Assembly (NCBI GenBank): GCA_964430265.1
Contig: CAYSEI010000003.1
Span: 1,070 to 65,069 of the forward strand
Length of the DNA stretch: 64,000 nt
Reading direction: 5' to 3'
Source: an uncultured Pseudomonadales bacterium
Lineage (GTDB): Bacteria > Patescibacteriota > Microgenomatia > UBA1400 > CAYXSR01
Below, in pieces: positions 17,906 through 27,306 of the stretch. Position numbers and translations under genes: made by a program. Each line of letters starts with the position of its first letter. The first letter of the stretch is position 1. The notes below the pieces were generated by a model that saw nothing but the letters and a program-made list of their open reading frames with translations, had not been told where the DNA came from and ran no database searches.

Positions 17906-18743
17906 ACCACCCTCTGTTTCTATTATTATAGTTAACTACAACGGCAAAAATATTATTACAGACTGCCTGAATACTGTTATTAAAACAGACTACCCTAGTT
18001 TTGAAATTGTGGTGGTTGATAATAATTCAAATGACGGCAGCCAAAGAATTTTAAAAGAAAAATATAAAAAACAAATCAAGTTGGTTTGTACAGATAAAAA
18101 CTTGTATTTTACCGGCGGATCAAATTTGGGAGCATTAAAAGCAAACAACCAGATACTTGTTTTTTTAAACAGTGACACCGAAGTTGAGCCTGACTGGCTA
18201 AAAAAGCTTGTCGCCTGTCATCTAAAAAACGGCAGAAACTCACTGATTCAGCCTAAAATTCTTTTATACAAGAATAAAAAAACAATTGACAATATCGGCG
18301 GCAAATACATTTTTCCTGGTTTTGGCAAGGGCATGCGAAAAGTGGGAAAAATTGATTATGTAAATGGAACTTGTTTTTTAATTGACAAAGACTTCTTTTT
18401 TGAACTGGGAGGATTTGATGACTGGTTTAAAATGCATTATGAAGACGTTGATCTCAACCTCCGAGCCCAAAAACAATCAAGTAGTGTGCATTATTGTCCG
18501 GAAAGCATAATTTATCATAAAGGATCCTTAACCGTTAAAACCAAAATCAGCAAACAAGAACTCATATATCACATTCGTAAAAATCGATTAAAAACAGTAT
18601 TTAAAAACTTTCAGGGATTGAATAGAATCCTGCGTCTTCTTTGTCTTGCTCCTTTTTATCTTTATTGGACAGTTGTACAACCAATCACAATAAAGTCTAT
18701 TATTTCCTTTTTCAGAAGTTTAAAAAGACAACCACCTGCTTAA
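17898..18743 (+). CDS. Glycosyltransferase family 2 (5 of 5)
   Basis: VSIIIVNYNGKNIITDC, VVVDNNSNDGS, FLNSDT. Confidence 0.75.
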   Translation: MSEPPSVSIIIVNYNGKNIITDCLNTVIKTDYPSFEIVVVDNNSNDGSQRILKEKYKKQIKLVCTDKNLYFTGGSNLGALKANNQILVFLNSDTEVEPDWLKKLVACHLKNGRNSLIQPKILLYKNKKTIDNIGGKYIFPGFGKGMRKVGKIDYVNGTCFLIDKDFFFELGGFDDWFKMHYEDVDLNLRAQKQSSSVHYCPESIIYHKGSLTVKTKISKQELIYHIRKNRLKTVFKNFQGLNRILRLLCLAPFYLYWTVVQPITIKSIISFFRSLKRQPPA

Positions 18744-19661
18744 ATCCTTATTAATCAAGCTTACCATTTTTTCAACATCCTTATGATAGTAATTAATTAA
18801 CTTAATTCGTGTTTCTTTCTGCATTTTTGGATAGCCAGTTGCTTTTGTTTTGGGAAATGTAATTATTTTTTGATAAATCTTGTATAATCTTTTTTTTTCA
18901 AAAAGCCAATCAATAAAATCTGGCAGCAGTGTATTTTTTCTATCCGACATCCACTTGGCAATTTTATATAAAAAGCTTTTAATTTTAGGATGCTGTATTT
19001 GTTTTGAAGGATTTACTTTTTTATGAATAACTGAAGGCACAAAATTAGTATCTATTTTTAAAAACTCATACATTTCCCTGACTACTTTTTTTGGTTTGTT
19101 CTTTATATCGTCAAAAAAAACTATATAAATGTTTTTCTGGGGAAAAATATCAAAAGCGTTTTTCAAGTGTTTGTAATATTTTCCTTTTTTTGCATTTAAT
19201 TTTTTCCATTCATCATTTTTAACTGCTTGATTAAATTCATAATCCACTCTAACCCTGACTGATTGTTTACGATACCAGTATAAAGAGTAAAGCATGTCAA
19301 TCGGATTCCTGATAGCTATAATTATTTTGGCATCGGGAAAATGCTTTTTTATTCTTTTTAAAGCTTTTTTGCTGCGAATATATCCTGGAGAAAATTCACC
19401 TCTAATTTTCTTTTTTTGTGCTGCTGGAAATTGTTTTAAATACCAATCAATTCCTTTATTATAGTTTGATTCTTTTTCCCAGTTTGCAGCAATATTTCTT
19501 TTTATTCTTTTTTTTGTGTTTTTTTCACTAAAAAAAGCTATTTCTTTACGGGTTTTTTGTGCGGAAAAAAGTACCTGCGGGTGTTTTTGCAAGCATTTGC
19601 TGATCCATGTAGATCCACATTTTTCAAAACCTATTCCGATAAAATCAATTTTGTTTTCCAT
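18720..19661 (-). CDS. PAPS-dependent sulfotransferase family protein
   Basis: 5'-PSB-like loop IGFEKCGSTWIS and 3'-PB-like RNPIDMLYSLYWY. The likely start is the internal Met MENKIDF. The longer ORF reaching 19709 would overlap the flippase gene by 65 nt. Confidence 0.7.
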   Translation of the reverse strand: MENKIDFIGIGFEKCGSTWISKCLQKHPQVLFSAQKTRKEIAFFSEKNTKKRIKRNIAANWEKESNYNKGIDWYLKQFPAAQKKKIRGEFSPGYIRSKKALKRIKKHFPDAKIIIAIRNPIDMLYSLYWYRKQSVRVRVDYEFNQAVKNDEWKKLNAKKGKYYKHLKNAFDIFPQKNIYIVFFDDIKNKPKKVVREMYEFLKIDTNFVPSVIHKKVNPSKQIQHPKIKSFLYKIAKWMSDRKNTLLPDFIDWLFEKKRLYKIYQKIITFPKTKATGYPKMQKETRIKLINYYHKDVEKMVSLINKDLSRWLSF

Positions 19662-20910
19662 TTTTAACCAATTTAAAAATAATCCAGAAAACAGATAATA
19701 AAACTCCAACTAACAATGAAAAAATTGAGTTTCTGATTATCGCATTAATACTATTATGATTAAAATATATTAATGCTAATTGCATAAATGCAGTTATTGC
19801 AGCAATAAATCCAATAACTTTTTCTTCTAATGCTAATAAAAAGCGTGTCATCAAATTAAAAATCGCCAGTAGCCCCGTAAAAACAGCAAAGGAAAACATA
19901 TATTTAACTGCTTCTTTATATTGATTGCCATAAAGGGCAGTAATAAAAAAATCAGGAAACAAACGAAACCCAACAATTCCTAAAATTGTTATTGAAAAAA
20001 CAAACCCTATCGATAATAACAAAGTTTGTTTTAAGCGCTTTTTATTTTTCTGATATTTAATAAAAAGTGGATAAGAAACCATTAAGATTGCGGAAGCGCC
20101 AAAGAAAATAATTTTACCTAATACAGAAAGCGCTGAATAAAGCCCTGATTGTCTTTCAGAAAAAAAATGGCGTACCAGTAAAATGTCAGATGAATAAAGT
20201 GATGTTAAGGAGAAATTACTAATCAATGCAAGTCCAGAAAATTTCCAGAAACTTTTTTTTATTTTTATTTTTTCAGTTTTCTGATCACCCCATATTTTTT
20301 GCACAAAAATATAGTTTATCAATAATGAAACAACTGCTAAAACTATCCATCCAGATAAAGCTGTTGTTTCTTTTCCCCCTAGTAAAAGTAAAATAAAAGT
20401 TATCAAAAGCTTAAGAAAAGTTGATAAAACACTGACCGCAGCACTATAAACAAACTTAAGCCTGCTTTGCAATGCTGCACCAAAAACCAAAGGTAAAAAA
20501 CTAAATCCCAGCCATAAAGCATAAGAATAAATCAGCATATTATTTTCTAAATAAAGAAATTTTTTAATAAAAGGAGATAAGAGAAAAAAAACTATTTCAA
20601 AAATTATAGTTATTTTTATTGCTAACTTTGATAAGGATTTAACTGCAGAAAGGGTTTTTTCTTTTTTAATTTCACCAATAAAGCTCACTACTGATAAACT
20701 AAATGCACCTGTAAATACAGAAATAAAATAATTAAGTGTAATTATACTTTCCAGCCTGCCGTATTCTGCTGGAGCCAAAAAACGGCCAGCAACAAAATGG
20801 TATAAATAATTTAAAAAAGCTGTTATTAAGTTAGCAACCAATATAATAAAGCTACCTTGAAGCAATTTATTTTTTAGTTTTGTTTTTACTTTATTTTCTA
20901 AATTAAGCAT
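19645..20910 (-). CDS. Wzx-like (MOP superfamily) polysaccharide / oligosaccharide-lipid flippase
   Basis: 421 aa with about 12 predicted TM helices, and a basic N-terminus typical of polysaccharide biosynthesis protein families. Confidence 0.6.
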   Translation of the reverse strand: MLNLENKVKTKLKNKLLQGSFIILVANLITAFLNYLYHFVAGRFLAPAEYGRLESIITLNYFISVFTGAFSLSVVSFIGEIKKEKTLSAVKSLSKLAIKITIIFEIVFFLLSPFIKKFLYLENNMLIYSYALWLGFSFLPLVFGAALQSRLKFVYSAAVSVLSTFLKLLITFILLLLGGKETTALSGWIVLAVVSLLINYIFVQKIWGDQKTEKIKIKKSFWKFSGLALISNFSLTSLYSSDILLVRHFFSERQSGLYSALSVLGKIIFFGASAILMVSYPLFIKYQKNKKRLKQTLLLSIGFVFSITILGIVGFRLFPDFFITALYGNQYKEAVKYMFSFAVFTGLLAIFNLMTRFLLALEEKVIGFIAAITAFMQLALIYFNHNSINAIIRNSIFSLLVGVLLSVFWIIFKLVKNGKQN

Positions 20911-20988
20911 AAATAACTAGAATTTCTTATTCTTAAAAATGATGATAAACTTAAAATTAAGTATAGCAAATTATTGTTTAATTAATTT

Positions 20989-22623
20989 ATGAAGATAAAG
21001 AATTTTAATTTTAAAAAGTGGTTGAAAAACAACAAACTTAACCTAGTAATTCTTTTTGTTCTGGTAATTGTCAGTTATGCAAATAGTCTAGACAACCAAT
21101 TTGTTTCTGACGATATTTACGGAATCGTCAATAAAGAAAATCTGGGACAGTTTAGCTATATCAGAAATAGGTTCCCTATGGTTATTAGACCAATTTTATA
21201 CACTATTGTGTTTAAAATATTTGGCTCCAACCCAGCTTTTTTCAGACTAATAAATGTTTTTTTTCATCTAGGAAATGTTTTTCTTGTCTATTTAATTGTT
21301 TCCCTTTTATACAACAATACTGCTGCATTAATCAGCAGCAGCTTAACAGCAGTACACCCTATTTTAATTGAAGCTGTTTCCTGGATTTCCGGGGGACCTT
21401 ATTCCACCTATACCTTTTTTGGCCTGGCTGCATTTCTCTTTTTTATTCTCTCGCAAAACAAGCAAAAATATTATTGGTTTTTTTTAGCTAGTTTGGTTTT
21501 TGCTTTTCTGACTTCTCCTATTTCTATAGTAATACCAATAATCCTGGCTGCATTTGCTTTGACTCACAAAAATTTTAAGTTTGATTGGAAAATGATTTTG
21601 CCACCTTTAATAATTGGCTTAATTGCTTTTATAATCTTTTTTCCCAGCATTTCAAAAAGAATGTATGCTTTACAAACTTCTTATTATCAAAAAACAACTT
21701 TTGTAAACCCTTTATTTCTTATTCCTACAGCAATAACTGGATATCTGGAACTGATCTTTTGTCCCAATAATTTAACTTTGTATCATTCAGAAATCAATAG
21801 CATTGGGCAAATTCAGTACACTTTAAGAATTATTTTTTTTCTTCTTTTTATTGGCTTGACTATTTATCTGTATTTTAAAAAAAGAAAAGATTCTTTTTGG
21901 TTGATGCTTTTTTTAATTGCTTTAGGCCCTTTTCTTACTCCTTTTGGAATTTCCTGGCTTTTGGCTGAACGCTATGCATATTTTTCTGCAATTGGTGTTT
22001 TTGTTTTTATCGGTATTCTTATAGATAAAATTAATAAAAAATTCAAATTAAAGGATGTGCCCATTTTTTTTGTATTAGGACTTGTTGTTCCTCTATTAAC
22101 AATAAAAACAATTGTTCGCAACAACGACTGGCAAAATCAGGACACATTGTGGATTGCGGCTGCCAAAACTTCTCCATCCAGTCCGCAAAACAACAATAAC
22201 CTGGGCGATTTGTATGCTAGAAAAGGTAATTTGCAAAGAGCTGAATACCATTTCAGTAAAGCACTTCAGCTTAAACCGGGATATGCAGATGCTCACCACA
22301 ATCTTGCCAATATTTATTGGAAGCAAGGTGAATTAAATAAAGCAATTGAAAACTATCAAAAAGCCTTAGAAATTAATCCCAATATTTGGCAGTCACACCA
22401 AAACTTGGCTGCAGTCTATATTCAAAAAGAGGACTACCCAAATGCTTTAAAACATTTGGAGTCAGGCTTAGAGATCAACCCTTCTTCTCCTAAACTTTTA
22501 TATAACGCTGCTATTTTATACAGCAAAATTGGAGAAGAAGAAAAAACAAAGAACATGCTTGAACAAATTCTACAAATAGATCCCAACAATTTAGAAGTAA
22601 GACAGCTTCTAAATCAGTTTTGA
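20989..22623 (+). CDS. GT-C type (PMT/GT39-like) membrane glycosyltransferase fused to C-terminal TPR repeats
   Basis: About 400 aa of polytopic membrane domain, then at least four TPR units (NNLGDLYARKGNLQRAEYHFSKALQLKPGYADAHHNLANIYWKQGELNKAIENYQKALEINPN...). Confidence 0.5.
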   Translation: MKIKNFNFKKWLKNNKLNLVILFVLVIVSYANSLDNQFVSDDIYGIVNKENLGQFSYIRNRFPMVIRPILYTIVFKIFGSNPAFFRLINVFFHLGNVFLVYLIVSLLYNNTAALISSSLTAVHPILIEAVSWISGGPYSTYTFFGLAAFLFFILSQNKQKYYWFFLASLVFAFLTSPISIVIPIILAAFALTHKNFKFDWKMILPPLIIGLIAFIIFFPSISKRMYALQTSYYQKTTFVNPLFLIPTAITGYLELIFCPNNLTLYHSEINSIGQIQYTLRIIFFLLFIGLTIYLYFKKRKDSFWLMLFLIALGPFLTPFGISWLLAERYAYFSAIGVFVFIGILIDKINKKFKLKDVPIFFVLGLVVPLLTIKTIVRNNDWQNQDTLWIAAAKTSPSSPQNNNNLGDLYARKGNLQRAEYHFSKALQLKPGYADAHHNLANIYWKQGELNKAIENYQKALEINPNIWQSHQNLAAVYIQKEDYPNALKHLESGLEINPSSPKLLYNAAILYSKIGEEEKTKNMLEQILQIDPNNLEVRQLLNQF

Positions 22624-23591
22624 ACTTTTTTAAAAAAGAACCCTTGTAAGAATTTAATTCCGTAAACAATATGTGTCAAAAAAATTGCCGGAATGGTTAA
22701 TAAACCGATCAAAATATTTTTACTATTTCTCCATACTTGAATAAAAGTTAAAACCAACAACACAACATACACTAACAAAACCAAAGAATAGACAAAAAAC
22801 AAGGGCGGGTAAATAAAATAGGTTATTCCTCCGCCAAAAAAACCGATGGTGAAGAATACAGGAACCCAATATCCTAACCTATTTGATGTTTTAGGAAAGA
22901 TTTTGGCAAAATATCCTCTTTGCCTCCCATAGCTAGAAATTTGTTTTAAATGCGGTGCAAATATTTTTCTACGGTGGTGATAAACAACAACTTCAGGATC
23001 ATAAGCTATTTTTTTGTTTAGGCTATAAACTAGTTCGCAGCAAAGTTTGGTATCTTCACCAGGCCAATATTTGGAATCAAATCCTCCAAGTTTTGCAAAA
23101 TCCTTTTTTCTAATAAACAAGTTAAATGTAGGATAGTCATCAACAAAACATTTTTTAGTAGGATGACAACGGTAAATTCCTGCACCGCCTGCGCCTAAAG
23201 GCGTTTTCCATACCCATCCAGAAACTTTCTCTCCAATATCATCATCTTCAGGTGTTAGCCCCGGACCGCAAATTCCTGCAATTGATTGATCAGAAAAATT
23301 TTCAAGTGCTTTTTCCAGCCAGTCTTTTTGAGGATAAGCATCATCGTCAATAAAAGCAAGAATTTTACCTTCTGCTTTTTTTGCAGCCAGATCTCTTTTT
23401 TCTGCCGGACCTTTGTTCTTCCCCGAAGCAAGCACCTTTATCCATTCAGGATAATCATTTTCATCTTTTTTATCGGGGATAATGATTACTTCAAAATCTT
23501 TGTAAGTTTGTTTTTTCAAAGCAGGTAGAGTCTTTTGCAAAAAGTATTTGCTTGGATTTTTAAAAGGAACAATAACCGATACTTTAGTCAT
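22614..23591 (-). CDS. Glycosyltransferase family 2 with C-terminal membrane anchor
   Basis: VSVIVPFKNPSKYF...AFIDDDAY, then a TM tail. Confidence 0.7.
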   Translation of the reverse strand: MTKVSVIVPFKNPSKYFLQKTLPALKKQTYKDFEVIIIPDKKDENDYPEWIKVLASGKNKGPAEKRDLAAKKAEGKILAFIDDDAYPQKDWLEKALENFSDQSIAGICGPGLTPEDDDIGEKVSGWVWKTPLGAGGAGIYRCHPTKKCFVDDYPTFNLFIRKKDFAKLGGFDSKYWPGEDTKLCCELVYSLNKKIAYDPEVVVYHHRRKIFAPHLKQISSYGRQRGYFAKIFPKTSNRLGYWVPVFFTIGFFGGGITYFIYPPLFFVYSLVLLVYVVLLVLTFIQVWRNSKNILIGLLTIPAIFLTHIVYGIKFLQGFFFKKVQN

Positions 23592-24321
23592 AATATTTTA
23601 AAATGTTTAAACGGTAGAAAACTGCAATCGTATCATAAAGCATAGACCAGATTGTTCCAAATTTAACACTGGAATAGCCAATTTTTCCAGCATCCATTTC
23701 CACCGGACCGTCATGGATTTTTTTATAACCTAATCTGTGAGCAACCGCCAGCATTTCAATATCAAAAGCATATTTTTTTACCACCAACTTGGGCAAAACC
23801 TTCTCCAAAACTTGTCTCTTAAAAATTTTTATTCCTCTTTGACAATCAGTAACCTTTAAACCAAACAGAAACCTGGTTAATGTGTGGTATCCCCAACTTA
23901 ATATTTTCCTTATCAAGGGATATCCTTTTACTTTGGAAGCAGAATGCCTTATTGATCCTACAATCACGTCAGAATTGTACCAAAGCATATGTTCCAGCAA
24001 AAGTCTCAGTCCTAAAGGATCTATTTCCATTCCAGCATCCAAAAATGCAACTAAATCACCTTTGGTTTTTTTCATGCCATAGCGCACTGCATGCCCTTTT
24101 CCTCTATTTTTGGAATATCCGTGTATTTTTATTTTTTTGTTTGCCAGCTTTTGTGCTTTTTCAAATGTTTTATCCACTTTTCCGTCAACAATACAAATAA
24201 TTTCATAGTCATATTTTATTTTGTCCAAAGTTTTTTTTATCTTTTTCAAGTCACGGACAATAGTTTTTTCTTGACGATAAGCAGGGATTACTACAGAAAG
24301 GAGTTTATTATTTTTTGACAT
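23584..24321 (-). CDS. Polyprenyl-phosphate glycosyltransferase (DPM1/GtrB-like GT2)
   Basis: LSVVIPAYRQEKTI...GYSKNRGKGHAVRYG...FLDAGME. Compact 245-aa DPM1-like architecture. Confidence 0.7.
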   Translation of the reverse strand: MSKNNKLLSVVIPAYRQEKTIVRDLKKIKKTLDKIKYDYEIICIVDGKVDKTFEKAQKLANKKIKIHGYSKNRGKGHAVRYGMKKTKGDLVAFLDAGMEIDPLGLRLLLEHMLWYNSDVIVGSIRHSASKVKGYPLIRKILSWGYHTLTRFLFGLKVTDCQRGIKIFKRQVLEKVLPKLVVKKYAFDIEMLAVAHRLGYKKIHDGPVEMDAGKIGYSSVKFGTIWSMLYDTIAVFYRLNILKYYD

Positions 24322-24389
24322 GCTCCTATTTTATCAAATTTATGGCTAAAATTTACATTTTACTCAATTCCATACTCTTCTTGAACAAT

Positions 24390-24420
24390 AAAAAAACTCC
24401 CGGACAACAATATCCGGGAG
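24390..24420 (-). terminator. Rho-independent terminator downstream of the 24439..25389 gene
   Basis: Plus strand reads A7-ctcccgga-caacaata-tccgggag. On the minus strand this gives an 8-bp GC-rich stem followed by U7. Confidence 0.55.
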
Positions 24421-24438
24421 AAAAATTATATTTTCTTT

Positions 24439-25389
24439 TTATTTAAAGTTTTGCGAATCACAAAACTCTTCATTAGGACAACCTTGCTGCATCCAATTGT
24501 AAAACAACTCAGGATCACCGTTAATTGCAAAAGCAACCTCACTGATTCCAGTATTGTGTTTTACTGTCTCTTCAATCTGATTATAAAAGTCCTTTGAACT
24601 GCAACTTGAATTGGCCCCCGGAATAATATTCCTGATATCTGCAAGATTAATAAATGCAGTATCTCTTTGTATGTTAACAGAAATCAATGCATCTTCTGTC
24701 TCTTGCGAAAAAATGGATATAAATCCCAGTTCTTGTTCTGCAGCTGTTGGTCCCTGAAAAAGTTCATTCAGAACCAAACTCAACCTTTGTTCTTGATCTG
24801 CAGCTGTGATTGCATTTCTTTCTACACCATAAACAAACCCACACTCCGTTGGCTCGTCAGGAATATTGTTAGGATTGTTAAAATATATAACTACTTCACT
24901 TGCTGGTGCTTTTTTAACTTCTCCCTTACATACAATTTCATTAATCAACCATTGATCATTCTCTTGTATAAGTTCCACTTCAATTTGTTTTTCCATAGAG
25001 GGAAACTTCAATTTTACACTAACCCTCGCTTTTGTTTCTCTCACATCTATTAAGCTTGTGCTTAAATTGTCCGGCTTATCTTGAGCACAAATAATTGGGT
25101 CTGCACCGCCTTTATCCATGTTATCAAGCTCCTGATCAATTTTTTCCACCAATGTCGGCGACAACTCTTCACTCATTTTATAAGCTCCGCTTGAAAGAGG
25201 ATTTCCTTCGTACTCCAGATACCAGCTGTAAAAACTCTCCACTGTTTCCTGGGGATCGGCTTTTAACACATTAGACTGTTGTTTAGACTTACTCCCAAAC
25301 ATACTTTCTTTATTTAATGTTGTTAAACCAAAAATAGCCAATACTCCAATCATCAGCAAAATAAATACAATTTGTAAGTATTTTTTCAT
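24439..25389 (-). CDS. Secreted protein, possibly GerMN-domain-like
   Basis: Signal peptide or anchor. The C-terminal half weakly resembles GerMN (LVLNELFQGPTAAEQELGFISIF...). Assignment by eye only. Confidence 0.3.
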   Translation of the reverse strand: MKKYLQIVFILLMIGVLAIFGLTTLNKESMFGSKSKQQSNVLKADPQETVESFYSWYLEYEGNPLSSGAYKMSEELSPTLVEKIDQELDNMDKGGADPIICAQDKPDNLSTSLIDVRETKARVSVKLKFPSMEKQIEVELIQENDQWLINEIVCKGEVKKAPASEVVIYFNNPNNIPDEPTECGFVYGVERNAITAADQEQRLSLVLNELFQGPTAAEQELGFISIFSQETEDALISVNIQRDTAFINLADIRNIIPGANSSCSSKDFYNQIEETVKHNTGISEVAFAINGDPELFYNWMQQGCPNEEFCDSQNFK

Positions 25390-25471
25390 TTTTTCACCTC
25401 CTTTTTATGTTTTAACTTAATAACTAATTTTCATAATAATATATTTTTTTTTGAATCAATTTGACTCAAAA

Positions 25472-26665
25472 TCAATCATTTACTTTAAAAGTTTTTGATT
25501 CAAAAATTATCGGTTCTTTAGCAAACTTTTCTTCAGCCTTTTGATTGATAATACGCACAGCATCATAAATCTTACGCCAGTGTTTTTTAACCTCCAGGGA
25601 TTCGCTTTTACCAATCACAACTTCAATTAGTTGATCATATTCCCAGCGTCTGTCCTTTTGGGAAAAAAGCGCTTTACAAACATAATATTGGTTTGAATCA
25701 TAGGGAATTTCTAAAAATTCGTTTCCGTAATAAAGTCTACTGTTCTCAGCATCAAAAGAAAAATGTTTGTCTTTGTTTTGATCATCATTATTATTTTCTT
25801 TTTGCTTTTTTTTAGATTTATCCAATTTTTTATTTTGCAAAAAAAAGTTTTTTAATAAAATTGCAAGTCTTGTACTTGCGCTTAAAACAATTAATCCAAA
25901 ACTTACTATCAACAATGCATTATCAGAAAGGTTTTTCCCTATTATCAACAATCCAAATATTCTCTCCTCTGTTTCAAGCGGAAAAGTTTTCAAAAAGTAA
26001 AAATCGGGGGGAGTATTAATAAATTCATAGCGTTGCTCTAAATATTTAGAAACATAACTAGAATCAATAAAGGTAGGAACTCTTCCTTCTAATAAAAGAG
26101 ATTGATTGTTTTTATTAGTAATTTGATAGTTAATTTTGGAAGAAATATTCCTTTGTTCTAAATTAATTATTTTAATTTCATTGTCTTCAACAGTCACTGA
26201 TTGCATAATTTTTTCTAGAGATTGCTCGAGTAAAAGATCATTATTCAGCTGATTGCCTGTTTCCGGCTGCCTATATCCAACAAGTACAGCTCCTTTAATA
26301 ATAGAGTTCTTCTCAATTGTTTTTGACAACAAACGCCATCTTTCTCCGGTAGCAGAAACTATTGTTTGCGGTTTTTTAAAGGAAGAATTAAAGCGGTAGT
26401 CTGAATAATCTAAAAATCCCTTAATTGTATTATTTCTTTCAATTACAAACCCGTCTTGATTGAATATGTATACAATATCATTGCTAAATCTTTCTCTTTC
26501 ATTAACATAAGGCGTAACATCCCATTTTCCGTTGTTATATTCAAGATCTTCAATAATCCGAGCTGCTGTTTTTTGTAAATCCGCATTCAGTTTATAAATA
26601 GAATAAAAAAGCAGTAAAAAAGAAAAAATTAAAAGAAACCAGATAAATTTTTTAATGTTTTGCAT
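25472..26665 (-). CDS. Two-TM membrane protein with an extracytoplasmic domain and a possible C-terminal OmpR/PhoB-type winged-helix domain
   Basis: TM at aa 7-27 and around aa 235-255. The C-terminal region ENSRLYYGNEFLEIPYDSNQYYVCKALFSQKDRRWEYDQLIEVVIGKSESLEVKKHWRKIYDAVRIINQK aligns by eye to the Trans_reg_C consensus. Confidence 0.3.
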   Translation of the reverse strand: MQNIKKFIWFLLIFSFLLLFYSIYKLNADLQKTAARIIEDLEYNNGKWDVTPYVNERERFSNDIVYIFNQDGFVIERNNTIKGFLDYSDYRFNSSFKKPQTIVSATGERWRLLSKTIEKNSIIKGAVLVGYRQPETGNQLNNDLLLEQSLEKIMQSVTVEDNEIKIINLEQRNISSKINYQITNKNNQSLLLEGRVPTFIDSSYVSKYLEQRYEFINTPPDFYFLKTFPLETEERIFGLLIIGKNLSDNALLIVSFGLIVLSASTRLAILLKNFFLQNKKLDKSKKKQKENNNDDQNKDKHFSFDAENSRLYYGNEFLEIPYDSNQYYVCKALFSQKDRRWEYDQLIEVVIGKSESLEVKKHWRKIYDAVRIINQKAEEKFAKEPIIFESKTFKVND

Positions 26666-26713
26666 ATTAAAATTATAGCATTAATTTAAATCTTTTTAAT
26701 TGAATTACTTATA

Positions 26714-26751
26714 GGAAAAAAACCCTATTCCACAATAAATATGGAATAGGG
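26714..26751 (-). terminator. Rho-independent terminator downstream of the pilin gene 26776..27240
   Basis: ccctattcca (26723-26732), a 9-nt loop, tggaataggg (26742-26751), and A7 on the plus strand (26716-26722), which is U7 on the minus strand. Confidence 0.7.
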
Positions 26752-26775
26752 CAGATTTTTAAAATACTTTTAAAT

Positions 26776-27240
26776 TTATCTTGTAACAGTAATTGAGTCT
26801 ACTAATTCTCCAGAAGCAGAAGCAACAATCCTACCATTAGCATCTTCATAAATTGTATATTGTGTATTTGCCTGAGTTCCGCTGACCGGATCTGCTGGCA
26901 TTTCAGCAATATAAGTCGGCACAATGGTTTCTGTTCCTGCTTCGTTCGTTGCTGCAGCTAAATTAAAACAAGGAGCTGCTGTACCAATGCAAGTCGGTGA
27001 ATCCGGGAAGTTGCTGGTACTATCATCAGCATCAGTATCTGGCAAATTACCATTGTGTTCAGCTGAAAACTGATAAACAGCGTTGGTAATTGAATACAGG
27101 TCGCTGCGACGCTGTGTGTCTCTGGCATTAGCAAATTGTCTTCCCGGGTTAACCGCGACTAAAACAATTGCTGCCAAAATAGCAATAACACCAATAACAA
27201 CCAAAAGCTCAATTAAGGTAAAACCTTTTTTTAGTTTCAT
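26776..27240 (-). CDS. Type IV pilin / pseudopilin (prepilin-type N-terminal cleavage and methylation domain)
   Basis: MKLKKG|FTLIELLVVIGVIAIL, with Glu at +5 and a hydrophobic alpha1 helix. Confidence 0.85.
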   Translation of the reverse strand: MKLKKGFTLIELLVVIGVIAILAAIVLVAVNPGRQFANARDTQRRSDLYSITNAVYQFSAEHNGNLPDTDADDSTSNFPDSPTCIGTAAPCFNLAAATNEAGTETIVPTYIAEMPADPVSGTQANTQYTIYEDANGRIVASASGELVDSITVTR

Positions 27241-27306
27241 ACGTTTTCACCTCCTTTCATTTCTCTTAGTTTAATATTAACAAGCCGGCTATTTTTGTCA
27301 AATAGA

